Positions 19,923-29,042 of a DNA stretch of 64,000 nucleotides are shown piece by piece. The DNA lies in IMG/VR virus record IMGVR_UViG_3300046532_001566, positions 1 through 64,000 of that record; one strand, given 5' to 3'. Origin of the DNA: a virus. The translations under genes and the position numbers were made by a program. The stretch's first letter is position 1, and each line of letters begins with the position of its first letter. Under the pieces are notes generated by a model, which was not told the DNA's origin, ran no database searches, and worked only from the letters and a program-made list of their open reading frames with translations.

Positions 19923-20597
19923 TTATTCTTCTTTTGCTAATAGATTGCATAGTCGTTCCCATGTATTTCTAGTACTTTTAGTTGTTTTGTCTACTACTTT
20001 ACATGTTACTGTTATTCGTAGTCCGTCACCTTGTATAACATGATGAGGCAAGTCTGTTCTTACTAATGCACTTGAACACGAAGTAGCAGTAGACCAAATT
20101 GGTAGAGGAATCTTACTCCAATCCCGATGCTGTTGTTTAAACTCGACAACCCAAGGCCAAGTATAATCAATAAAGTCATTACCGTCTAGATTTTTATGTA
20201 TCTCCTCATATCCATCTGTAGTATCCGGAAACCATCTAACAATTCCAGGTGAGGTTGTTAATTCGTAAAAATTTAACCTAGTTTCTAATCTAGCAGAATC
20301 GCTATGTATATTCCAATCATAAGTGTTTGCATTAACAATAAAGATACCCATTGTTTCTGCTTCTAAATTAAATTGGTCAAGGAATTTGTTTGCATGTTGA
20401 CGAGTATCTTCTAACGGATCACCAGTCGAAGTTGCTGTATTAAACCACAATCTGTCACTTAACGCATGTTTTTGTTTTAGATTTTTAATTATCCCGTTGT
20501 TAAGTTTATCAACATCTATTTTAGGAAGTGATAATGTAAGAGGTATAAAGAAATCTTTATGTGCTTGTACTGATTGTTCTAAACTGTCAGATACCAT
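19923..20597 (-). CDS. 2OG-Fe(II)/cupin-like oxygenase
   Basis: IHSD...RLNF...VRTDLPHHV...RITVT. Confidence 0.65.
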   Translation of the reverse strand: MVSDSLEQSVQAHKDFFIPLTLSLPKIDVDKLNNGIIKNLKQKHALSDRLWFNTATSTGDPLEDTRQHANKFLDQFNLEAETMGIFIVNANTYDWNIHSDSARLETRLNFYELTTSPGIVRWFPDTTDGYEEIHKNLDGNDFIDYTWPWVVEFKQQHRDWSKIPLPIWSTATSCSSALVRTDLPHHVIQGDGLRITVTCKVVDKTTKSTRNTWERLCNLLAKEE

Positions 20598-21318
20598 ATA
20601 TCTTCTTCCGTGGTATTGGAAATCCGTCTATATGGTCGATGTACTGATCGTATAACTTGTGTTCAGTTGGAAGTCCGTGTAATATATGCAAGGCATTTTG
20701 AGAGCCAAATGGTAGAATACTACGTTCTGTATACTGAAATACTTCTTTAGGCAAAAAGTCTACTACTAAATGTAACCTATTTGTATCTCCGAGATTCTTA
20801 ATATGATGTTTCCTTTTATTATTAAAAATAAAACTATCTCCAACTTTAAATTTAGGATCTTTGGACTCTGATGCAAATCTAAATAATACTTTATTATTTG
20901 TCTCTAATACAACATGACACCTTGTTGCGTAATCACTATAAAAATGATTATCCGTATGTGGTAAAATACTTGCGCCAGGAAAAACCACATTTAATTCTGC
21001 ACCAAATGGTATCCAATCTTTATGCTCTGTTGCCTTGTGTAAACTGACCCATAATTCTTTAACTATGTCGTTTGTTGAAGAGTGTAATTCTGATTGCATT
21101 AATCCAATAATGCTGTGATGATTAATAGGAGAATAATAAGGAACAAACGAACAATATGGAAATTTGTACCAACCACATTCTGCAAAGAAACTCTCGGACT
21201 TACGTTCTCTCCATACTGATTTGCTACGATAAAACGTATCAGTTAAGTTTTTTAATTGACCAGTACGAAAGACTGTTTCCAAATATTGATAATTTGGATA
21301 TTGCTCAATAAGCGGCAA
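20587..21318 (-). CDS. Aspartyl/asparaginyl beta-hydroxylase-like 2OG-Fe(II) oxygenase
   Basis: PGASILPHTD, RCHVVL.TN, FNNKRKH.I.N, RLHLVVD. Confidence 0.8.
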   Translation of the reverse strand: MPLIEQYPNYQYLETVFRTGQLKNLTDTFYRSKSVWRERKSESFFAECGWYKFPYCSFVPYYSPINHHSIIGLMQSELHSSTNDIVKELWVSLHKATEHKDWIPFGAELNVVFPGASILPHTDNHFYSDYATRCHVVLETNNKVLFRFASESKDPKFKVGDSFIFNNKRKHHIKNLGDTNRLHLVVDFLPKEVFQYTERSILPFGSQNALHILHGLPTEHKLYDQYIDHIDGFPIPRKKIYGI

Positions 21319-21321
21319 AGT

Positions 21322-21378
21322 AATACCCTCCTCTTAACGCATTACACTATTAGTTATGCATTTATAGAGGAGGGCATT
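21322..21378 (-). promoter_or_regulatory. RBS-sequestering hairpin enclosing a late promoter (TATAAATG)
   Basis: AATGCCCTCCTCT...AGAGGAGGGTATT 13-bp stem; the 3' arm is the SD of the 21318 gene. Confidence 0.6.
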
Positions 21379-21387
21379 TGTTCTAAA

Positions 21388-22299
21388 TTAGAACGTGAAG
21401 CTTAAACCTGTGCGTAAGGTAGCATCATCTGTAGTTAAATCATAGTCTACATTTGTAAAGAATACCGAACTCTTTGCAATTTTAAACTGTGACTCAAGTG
21501 TAGCATTACCATCATCAAGAGCAACATCTGTATCCTGATAACCGGCAAGTACTGTTAGGTTAGTAGAAACATCATATGATCCAGCTAATTCATAACCAAC
21601 TGCATCATTTGCTTGAGTATCATCATCTAATGCTGTTACACTTGCAAATAAGCCAGTTTTGCCTATTTTATGAGCAACACCAAAGCCATAGTAGTCTGAA
21701 GAGTTAATTTCGTCTCTTGCGTAAGTTACTCCGACTCCTTTGTAACCAACACCTACTTGATAAAGATCTAAATTATGGTTAGCGGCATCATCGGTCATTT
21801 GTGTCTGAAACCCTACATCAATGCCGTTGAATGAATTAGTATATTTTAAACTATTATTCATATAAAATGAAGTCTTTTGTACACCTTGATTACCAGCTCC
21901 GTAAAATACATCTGCTTTATCAGTAAATGTGTCTACTAGACTCATTGTGCGACCAATAGCTAAGTCACCATATTTGTCATTACCTACACCAATATAACCA
22001 AATCGGGTAGTAATGTCGTCTGCTCCGTCTGCACTTGAAAGATCAGCATCAAGTGAAATTTCTCCAAATACATAAACAGGCTGTTGTGTCTTAAATTGTA
22101 ATCCGAGCTTACTACTTGATGATTTGATTTCTGTATCAACGTTTGTAGCAGTTGAGCTTTCAACATATGCCCGGATTTCTCCATATGTTGTAATGTCTAC
22201 TCCATCGACTTTAGGGATTACGAGCTTATCAGCTTCCGCGGCCCATGCCGTAGAGATACCAGCGAACAAAATGATCGCAGTTAAGGGCAATATTTTCAT
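21388..22299 (-). CDS. Gram-negative porin
   Basis: Signal peptide (AWA), YGEIR, TRFGYIG...YG.L.IGR, NSLKY, C-terminal Phe. Confidence 0.85.
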   Translation of the reverse strand: MKILPLTAIILFAGISTAWAAEADKLVIPKVDGVDITTYGEIRAYVESSTATNVDTEIKSSSSKLGLQFKTQQPVYVFGEISLDADLSSADGADDITTRFGYIGVGNDKYGDLAIGRTMSLVDTFTDKADVFYGAGNQGVQKTSFYMNNSLKYTNSFNGIDVGFQTQMTDDAANHNLDLYQVGVGYKGVGVTYARDEINSSDYYGFGVAHKIGKTGLFASVTALDDDTQANDAVGYELAGSYDVSTNLTVLAGYQDTDVALDDGNATLESQFKIAKSSVFFTNVDYDLTTDDATLRTGLSFTF

Positions 22300-22462
22300 T
22301 GAATTTCCTTTTGTGAATGTGATTATCTATTAATCAACAGTCTTACTTATATAAAAATACCAATACACCGTTAACCAGATCGCCGTATAAAGTGGACCTG
22401 TTTTATAAATACAGTGAAACCCAATAATTGGTATTTGTGTCTCTTAGGAAAGGAGATTTGAA

Positions 22463-22936
22463 ATGATAGCAGAAACCCTAGCAGGAATCGCTTTGATCAA
22501 ACAAAGCGTGTCCTTTATTAAAGATCAGATTCAAGTTTGTAACGACATTGGAGACATAGCCGGTGCTATTGATAAGATGTTTGAAGGAAATAGTCAAATG
22601 AACTCTAAAAGGAGCGGGAACATTTCTATAGCAGACCAGTTTAGCACGGCAAATGTTGCGAGAGAAACTATCGATGCTAAGATAGCACAAGAGCAGATGC
22701 AAGAAGTAGCCACATTGATTAATTTACGTTTTGGACCAGGTACCTGGGCAGGTATAATTCAAGAAAGAGCTAATAGAATACAAGAAAGAAAAGAAGCCGA
22801 GCTAATAATGAGAAAGAAGAAAGCAAAAGAAGCAAAAGAGCTGATAGATGGACTTAAAATGATTGGTTGGATGGTATTATTTGCCGTTGTAGTACTTGGA
22901 GGAATGTTTGCCGCACTGAAATTTTATATGACATGA
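22463..22936 (+). CDS. Hypothetical protein with C-terminal TM
   Basis: SD AAGGAG, TATAAATA upstream. Confidence 0.7.
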   Translation: MIAETLAGIALIKQSVSFIKDQIQVCNDIGDIAGAIDKMFEGNSQMNSKRSGNISIADQFSTANVARETIDAKIAQEQMQEVATLINLRFGPGTWAGIIQERANRIQERKEAELIMRKKKAKEAKELIDGLKMIGWMVLFAVVVLGGMFAALKFYMT

Positions 22937-23118
22937 TACACGTTTTTGTATTATTCGTATTTCTAGGAATAGGTGAAGATAAACAGTTAAAATCCTCGGA
23001 CATGTATTTTTATGATATACAACGGTGCAATTACTTTGCAGATCAGATGAGGAAGAGTGATATTACCACATATTGCCTTCCTCGTAAAGTACCAGAGGAT
23101 ACAGTAGTATATAGATAG
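22933..23118 (+). CDS. Small exported two-Cys protein
   Basis: ATGA overlap; MIHVFVLFVFLG...RCNYFA...YCLP. Confidence 0.55.
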   Translation: MIHVFVLFVFLGIGEDKQLKSSDMYFYDIQRCNYFADQMRKSDITTYCLPRKVPEDTVVYR

Positions 23119-23126
23119 GAGGAAGT

Positions 23127-23447
23127 TTGAAATTATTAATGTTATTGGTATTAATACCCACTATTGCTTTAGCAGGTGCTAAAACAGTTGGTGAAAAAAA
23201 GCAATACACTAAACAGCAAAAGATACAACGAGGTGAAACTGAAATTATAAAGTATACTACTTGCAGACTTAAGAAAAGAGTTGTTACAGCAGGTGGAGAA
23301 GTTTGTATATATGTAGGCGGAAATAAAACACATGAAATGGTCATTGAAATGAAATGTCCAAGGTCTTTTAAATGTGTCTACAATCCAAACAGTCCAGAAC
23401 CCAGCATCAACGATGTTGTAGACAGTTTAAATAAGGTAGGAAAGTAA
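23127..23447 (+). CDS. Exported Cys-rich hypothetical protein
   Basis: SD GGAGG, signal peptide, four Cys. Confidence 0.65.
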   Translation: MKLLMLLVLIPTIALAGAKTVGEKKQYTKQQKIQRGETEIIKYTTCRLKKRVVTAGGEVCIYVGGNKTHEMVIEMKCPRSFKCVYNPNSPEPSINDVVDSLNKVGK

Positions 23448-23734
23448 TGATTTTTCAGCATGAAGATATAGAGCTAGATTCTACTATATCATCTAAGGCG
23501 AAATTATATAAGGCTGGTAGATTGCTTTTTATTGGAGATGGTTATAAAGCAATAACTATGATGCTTAATATAGCACAGGATAAAGAGCCAGTTAAAGCAA
23601 AGTTTCATGCTCAATTAACTTTAAGAGAGAAACCTAAATTTTCACCAATGGATGATATAGACAAAATAAGACGTGAAGCTCTAGAAGAACAACACGCCTT
23701 AGATTTAAAAAATAAAAAAGTAAAAAAACGTTAA
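23447..23734 (+). CDS. Hypothetical protein
   Basis: TAATG coupling. Confidence 0.6.
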   Translation: MIFQHEDIELDSTISSKAKLYKAGRLLFIGDGYKAITMMLNIAQDKEPVKAKFHAQLTLREKPKFSPMDDIDKIRREALEEQHALDLKNKKVKKR

Positions 23735-23735
23735 G

Positions 23736-24596
23736 CTATTTTACACCTAAGTCTTTTCTAACATTTGTTGCAGAGATACTAGTTATAGCTTCATCAAATG
23801 TCTCCTCGCCTGATGTGTAACCTACTCCTCTTCCCCAACCAATATGCACAATGTTAGGAACCACTTGAATTTCATATTGTCCTTGATACAATGGATCTAG
23901 ATCGGCTTTAATAAATCTAGTAACTTGCTCAATTTGAAAAGGATTTGATCCTTCCCATCCTTGCACATCTCTAATTTGTATAACTACTTGACCAGTTTTA
24001 CTTAATAGTCTTTCAAATAATGCTCTATGTCCGTCATGCCAAGGTTGCCAACGTCCTAGCATTTGTACTGTTTCTTTTTTCCAATCAAAAATTGGACGCC
24101 TATCATCTTCTGCAATCTTTTTACCAATAAATGCAGACCACTTGTCAGCATCTTGTTCCGGAACTCTGAAATCGTAAACTGTTGGTTCAGCAAATGCCTT
24201 ATTTGTATCTTCGTATCTACCTTCTTTAATAGAGTCTATCCAAATAGTCCAGTCTGCTTTATAATTGTTTCTCATCTCAACTAACGGAGCCACAAAATCA
24301 CAAATAACAAAGTCAGAAACTGACTTTTTAGATAATTCAAACATACGCAAACTTTGACGGATTCTGCCTTCAGGTGAAAAATCCCAGTCATTATATTGCT
24401 TTCGTATCTCGTCAGCATTAAACCATTCTACAGTACATTTATATTCATCTAATTTAGGTGATTCAATTATTCTAATTTGTTTATCTAATGGTGCTGAACT
24501 TATACCAGAATTATCTTCTAGATAAGTTTTTAATTTCTCTGCTAGTGTTGTTTTTCCTGCGCCTGGTAATCCCATAATTAGGATACGTTTTGCCAT
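23736..24596 (-). CDS. Adenylylsulfate-kinase-like P-loop kinase fused to HIGH-type nucleotidyltransferase
   Basis: GLPGAGKT, NADEIR, DFSPEGRIRQ; second domain LGRWQPWHDGH...ISATNVR. Confidence 0.8.
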   Translation of the reverse strand: MAKRILIMGLPGAGKTTLAEKLKTYLEDNSGISSAPLDKQIRIIESPKLDEYKCTVEWFNADEIRKQYNDWDFSPEGRIRQSLRMFELSKKSVSDFVICDFVAPLVEMRNNYKADWTIWIDSIKEGRYEDTNKAFAEPTVYDFRVPEQDADKWSAFIGKKIAEDDRRPIFDWKKETVQMLGRWQPWHDGHRALFERLLSKTGQVVIQIRDVQGWEGSNPFQIEQVTRFIKADLDPLYQGQYEIQVVPNIVHIGWGRGVGYTSGEETFDEAITSISATNVRKDLGVK

Positions 24597-24640
24597 ATTA
24601 ATCTCTCTTTCTTGCATCTATGCATGATACTTATGTCAAA

Positions 24641-24668
24641 GAAATAGGAGGCCGAGACCTCCTATTTC
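24641..24668. terminator. Intrinsic terminator hairpin
   Basis: GAAATAGGAGG-ccgaga-CCTCCTATTTC. Confidence 0.7.
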
Positions 24669-24690
24669 AAATCAGGTATGAAACTACTGT

Positions 24691-24987
24691 TTATACAGTA
24701 ATACCAAGTCCCTGTGCCTTATAGGCCAAGGCAACCATACGCCTAGAAGGTGTGCCATGTGTATATTCAGTAACAGCAACACCGTTTCCGGCTGTACGTT
24801 GGTTTGCATAGATAGCATAACCACGTTGGCGAATGTTCGATACAGTCGCGGTAGGATTTGCAATACCAAATCGCTTCTTAATTGCTGATTTAGTAAGAGC
24901 TTGCTTCTCTAGCACTAGTGCGTGAAAGAGCTTGCCTTGTTTTGTCTTAAGGTCGAAAGCCTTAATTGACTGGGTAGTTTTTGACAT
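24691..24987 (-). CDS. Small winged-HTH DNA-binding protein
   Basis: LTKSAIKKRFGIANPTATVSNIRQRGYAI; promoter TTGACT-N18-TATAAT at 25038-25067. Confidence 0.65.
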   Translation of the reverse strand: MSKTTQSIKAFDLKTKQGKLFHALVLEKQALTKSAIKKRFGIANPTATVSNIRQRGYAIYANQRTAGNGVAVTEYTHGTPSRRMVALAYKAQGLGITV

Positions 24988-25070
24988 AAATTTTCCTTTA
25001 TCAAAAGTAGTTAAAAGTTCGTTTTAACTATGTTACTATTATAACACATCATTGGTGTTGAAGTCAACCT

Positions 25071-26129
25071 CTATTTTAGCCATTTTGCAATAGAATTGTC
25101 CGGATTGTAAAATAACGCTGAATCAAAATCTTTAAAATTAATACGGTTCATATCTGTATCAATTGCACTAGCACTTTGGTGACCAAAATACAATGTAGTT
25201 GACTGGTGTTTGATTTTGTAATCATAATAACTTTGATCCTTAGTGTAATCAAATATAATATCTTTGGGAACCAATTTTAAAGTTTCTTGAGAAGTTAAAT
25301 TTGGTTTATGATTTACACTCCAATTTTGAAAATCATAAGAACTAAAGAAAGTTTGAAGCACATTACCTTTTGCAATCCTAGGCAAGAATTTAACTCCAAT
25401 CATTTGCCATTTAAAATTAAAATTGTGCCACCAACACCAGTCAAACATAGTGCTTATAGGTCTAGGTGAAAACTTGGTAGTTTGGTGGTAAATTTCATAG
25501 ATGCATTTATGAGTGTCTGAATCAGAAAGGCCCATAAACTCAAATACTCTAACAGTATTTTCATATGAATATGGTTCAAGTAATAAATCACGTTGTTGTC
25601 CTCTTAACAAAATATTTGCAAATGGAGAACCAAATAATTGATCAGCATGTTCAGAATTTACTATAGTTCCAGGTAAAACTCCTGCACTTGCTTTTAACAT
25701 GAATTCTTCAGTAGCCATTATATTAAACTTACCTAAGATAAATTTATTGTAAAATAATGCATATTCTCTTACACTATCTTTATTGCATATAATAGTAATA
25801 TTATCTAGTGGTACGTCTGCTTGTAAAAATGAGACTACAGAACATGTACTGTCTATTCCTCCTGACCAAAGTAAATATATTTTATCATTTATATTAACTA
25901 ACTCTTTGGCCCTATTAACGCAACACTCTTCAAAGGAAATTGCACTAGTATTAAAGTTAGGTAATTCATATTCTGGTAGTAGTTTGGTATGATAATAGAA
26001 GTCAACAGTTTTAGTACGATCTATCAGAAATGCATTTGAATCATATTTCCACATATTATCGTATATAATGAGGTCGGCAGGAGAATTATTAGTTATAACC
26101 CGTTGGCCCTGATGATATATTAATTGCAT
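25071..26129 (-). CDS. Asparagine-synthetase-like PP-loop ligase (E3)
   Basis: WSGGIDS, SEHADQLFG, DWCWWHNFNFKWQ, KIKHQS. Confidence 0.8.
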   Translation of the reverse strand: MQLIYHQGQRVITNNSPADLIIYDNMWKYDSNAFLIDRTKTVDFYYHTKLLPEYELPNFNTSAISFEECCVNRAKELVNINDKIYLLWSGGIDSTCSVVSFLQADVPLDNITIICNKDSVREYALFYNKFILGKFNIMATEEFMLKASAGVLPGTIVNSEHADQLFGSPFANILLRGQQRDLLLEPYSYENTVRVFEFMGLSDSDTHKCIYEIYHQTTKFSPRPISTMFDWCWWHNFNFKWQMIGVKFLPRIAKGNVLQTFFSSYDFQNWSVNHKPNLTSQETLKLVPKDIIFDYTKDQSYYDYKIKHQSTTLYFGHQSASAIDTDMNRINFKDFDSALFYNPDNSIAKWLK

Positions 26130-26851
26130 TACATTCCTGATCGTAATTTAAATTCTGCTAATGCTATTGTTTCTTGCATAAGACTTTGGTCGCTAAAATC
26201 TAATGAGTTTACATGTGATATAAACCATTTCCAATACGCATGTAAACGCATAATTGTAATATTTGTAGAACTTACCACCATTTTACATTCTTGGTATGCT
26301 TGTTTAACTGGAAGGCCGGCTGAAATTGCCCAGGCTTCTAAACCAGGTGTATAATAATTGTTCTCAGGAATACATTTGTCAATTTCTGTAGTCATATAAG
26401 GAATAAACACATCATCAACAGTACTATGTACTACCCTGCCAGCATATCGTTCTAATTTTGTTTCAATTGAAGCTAATACATGCTGACGTCTATTTGCTAA
26501 TTGTCTAGATACATTAAATTGTTCTGTAACATTATCCATTTTTTCTATATCAAAAATAATTTCTTGCTCAGGAACTACTTTTGCTACGCTTAATTCTGCT
26601 GACGGAATAGCATATCCTTTTTCTGAACCAGATGTTGTTAATATATAATTATTAGTTGAGCTTCTGTTATAATTTCTTATAATTTCATTGTGCTTTCCAG
26701 GAAGTTGTGCTACCATTAAAGACGAATTTGGTATGCCTTCTGCTAATGCGTTAATAACTGCTGGGCTAACTGAAACTGTTAGTATTCCAAATGTTTGTTG
26801 ATCTACTAACATTGAGGATATATTTGCTTTTTTTGAAAATGTATCAAGCAT
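26129..26851 (-). CDS. Partner protein P3
   Basis: LVDQQTFGILT, FIPYM..EIDKC.P.N.YY, RLHAYW. Confidence 0.7.
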   Translation of the reverse strand: MLDTFSKKANISSMLVDQQTFGILTVSVSPAVINALAEGIPNSSLMVAQLPGKHNEIIRNYNRSSTNNYILTTSGSEKGYAIPSAELSVAKVVPEQEIIFDIEKMDNVTEQFNVSRQLANRRQHVLASIETKLERYAGRVVHSTVDDVFIPYMTTEIDKCIPENNYYTPGLEAWAISAGLPVKQAYQECKMVVSSTNITIMRLHAYWKWFISHVNSLDFSDQSLMQETIALAEFKLRSGM

Positions 26852-27896
26852 TAATTAATCTCCTTAAAGTATTATCTGCATTGTAGTAATCTATTAAATT
26901 TAGATCTCTTACAGGAATTCTATCCCATTTCTCGGTTAAACCTGCAGGTGAAGATAGGCTGTAATATAATGTAGATGAAGCAAACTTCTCTTTAGTTTTC
27001 CAATAGTTTCCATCTAATGTATAATCTAATATAATCTCTTTAAATTCTGATTTTAAGTTTAAAACATTACCTGTTTGCTGTATGCTAGTATTTTGAAAAT
27101 CATTACTAGAGTAAAAAGTAATAAGTTTAGTTGGATCTGCCATTCTAACTGCTAATTTCATAGCTATTGTTTGCCATTTAAAATTAAATCCGTGCCACCA
27201 ACACAGATCCCACATAGTCTTAATAGGCCTTGGACTTTTTTCAATAGTCATATTGTAGATATTAATTAATATATCAATATGATATATTGGTACTCCTGCA
27301 CTTAGTAAGAATTTCTCAAAATTTTCATCATTATAAGGAAGCCCTAACATTGTTCTTCCTAGTTTCTTAACAACCAAGTCTGAAATTGGTGATCCTACTA
27401 GCTGATCAGCATGTTCAGCTGATATTAACAATCCGTTAAATAAATTAGACTGACCTACTAATAGCATTAATTCCTCTGTTGCTAATATTTGATAGGAAGG
27501 TAATATATTGGTTTTATAAAACCGAGGATACTCTTTAACAGAATCTTGATTCAGTACAACTACTATTTGATCATTAGGTGCATGTTTCATAAAAGAAATA
27601 AGCATTAACGTACTATCAATGCCGCCGCTCCACATTACATATAATTTTTCTCCAGTCTTAACAAGTTCTTTAACCCTGTTGTCTGCACACTCTTGCCAAG
27701 ATAAAGGTGTTGTTGTCGTTGTTAGCATTGGAAATATATTGTTTTCTGAAAACGGAAAAGATATTGTATCTGTTCTATCTACTAAGAAGGCATCTGCATC
27801 AATGTTAAACAAAGAACGAAATAACGTAATATCTTTATAATCATCATATATGTTAGAGTGTTTTAATTCAGTACTAAAGACATAATTTAATTTCAT
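26844..27896 (-). CDS. Asparagine-synthetase-like PP-loop ligase (E4)
   Basis: WSGGIDS, AEHADQLVG, DLCWWHGFNFKWQ, KEKFAS. Confidence 0.8.
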   Translation of the reverse strand: MKLNYVFSTELKHSNIYDDYKDITLFRSLFNIDADAFLVDRTDTISFPFSENNIFPMLTTTTTPLSWQECADNRVKELVKTGEKLYVMWSGGIDSTLMLISFMKHAPNDQIVVVLNQDSVKEYPRFYKTNILPSYQILATEELMLLVGQSNLFNGLLISAEHADQLVGSPISDLVVKKLGRTMLGLPYNDENFEKFLLSAGVPIYHIDILINIYNMTIEKSPRPIKTMWDLCWWHGFNFKWQTIAMKLAVRMADPTKLITFYSSNDFQNTSIQQTGNVLNLKSEFKEIILDYTLDGNYWKTKEKFASSTLYYSLSSPAGLTEKWDRIPVRDLNLIDYYNADNTLRRLINA

Positions 27897-28540
27897 AAAT
27901 GCACCTTGTTAGTCCAGGTGCTGTGTGCTTCTCTTATTGTAGACAATTCTTCCTTTACCTCAGTAGCTAACATACCAAATGCAGTTTTTATATCAACACC
28001 TCGTATTTTAGCCCAATCTTTTATAATATCAGTATATTCATCATTTTTATAATCACATTTCTCAAGTTCTCTTTTTATAAAAGGTAAAAATATAGCATCT
28101 CCCATAAAACGTTTATCTTGGGCACTATCGGCTATTAGTTTTGTTTCATTAATTCTATATTCGTATCTTAATTTAAATGCAAAATGCCGTGCTTCTATCC
28201 ATTCTGGAGTAATGTCGTCTAGGTCCATTTCTTCTATACCATATATTCCTGGACCTTTAGTTGTTTTTACTATTTTTCCAAGGTTTGCAGTAGATGACGG
28301 CATTAGGCTGTTATGTGCTTTTACTAAAATAAAATTTGCATCTTCATTAAATTTTTCATGCATTCCTATAAGATTTAATATTTCGGCATTAGTTGATTCA
28401 ATTATCATTAATTCTGCATTAGGTATAGTATAACAAATTGCATTTGATAAACTTACTGAATTACATAGAGTTAAAATTCCGTTGGTTACCGAATCTACTA
28501 CTAGAAATTTATTATTCTTTAATGCATATGTTGATAGCAT
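27893..28540 (-). CDS. Partner protein P4
   Basis: VVDSVTNGILT, FLPFI..ELEKC...N.EY, EAHSTW. Confidence 0.7.
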   Translation of the reverse strand: MLSTYALKNNKFLVVDSVTNGILTLCNSVSLSNAICYTIPNAELMIIESTNAEILNLIGMHEKFNEDANFILVKAHNSLMPSSTANLGKIVKTTKGPGIYGIEEMDLDDITPEWIEARHFAFKLRYEYRINETKLIADSAQDKRFMGDAIFLPFIKRELEKCDYKNDEYTDIIKDWAKIRGVDIKTAFGMLATEVKEELSTIREAHSTWTNKVHL

Positions 28541-28558
28541 AACAATATATAGTGCAAT

Positions 28559-28587
28559 AAAAAAATAGAGTCTAACCGTAGGACTCT
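28559..28587 (-). terminator. Intrinsic terminator
   Basis: AGAGTC-9nt-GACTCT followed by ATTTTTTT. Confidence 0.55.
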
Positions 28588-28704
28588 GCGGGTTTATTTG
28601 GTAACCACCCCTTTAATAGTGCTGATTTTATTGTAATCGGAATGTCAGCTACCGTCGGTTTCTCTGCTAATCTACTAAAGATGGCACAGGCTGTTTGACC
28701 AGGA

Positions 28705-28983
28705 TTACCTCTTATTAATAAAGTTGTAAAACTGCTCGGCTGTGTCAAGAATTGCGGATACTCCTGGTACTTCTGGAAGTACCGTTGTCGAAATTACTTC
28801 GCCATTTTCTGCACGAACTGTAGTTTGTTCCCAGGCGCCAAACTTAGCATGAAAGTCGTTCCATTCATGGGCATTGGCCATTTCTAAAACCTGTGTACGG
28901 ATTTCATAGCCATTTTTATTAAATGACATTTTAGGAATTGATGCAGAAATTGCATCATTAAGGTTCTTGATTGTATCAGACAT
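28705..28983 (-). CDS. Phage hypothetical protein (KNGYEIR...LEMA type)
   Basis: SD AAGGAG; C-terminal AEQFYNFI. Confidence 0.7.
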   Translation of the reverse strand: MSDTIKNLNDAISASIPKMSFNKNGYEIRTQVLEMANAHEWNDFHAKFGAWEQTTVRAENGEVISTTVLPEVPGVSAILDTAEQFYNFINKR

Positions 28984-29042
28984 ATTATGTCTCCTTCTGT
29001 GTGTGTGTTTTGTAACTTAATTAGTTACACATATAATTAGTT

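Noticed and set aside
6286-27896. PP-loop proteins as QueC (7-deazaguanine DNA modification)
   Set aside because: No C-terminal Cys4 zinc motif; no folE/queD/queE/dpdA in window; motifs are AsnB-like
15757-28540. Lasso peptide cluster
   Set aside because: No recognisable precursor ORF, transglutaminase-like B protein or PqqD/RRE beside the ligases; partners do not show those motifs (cannot be fully excluded without structure search)
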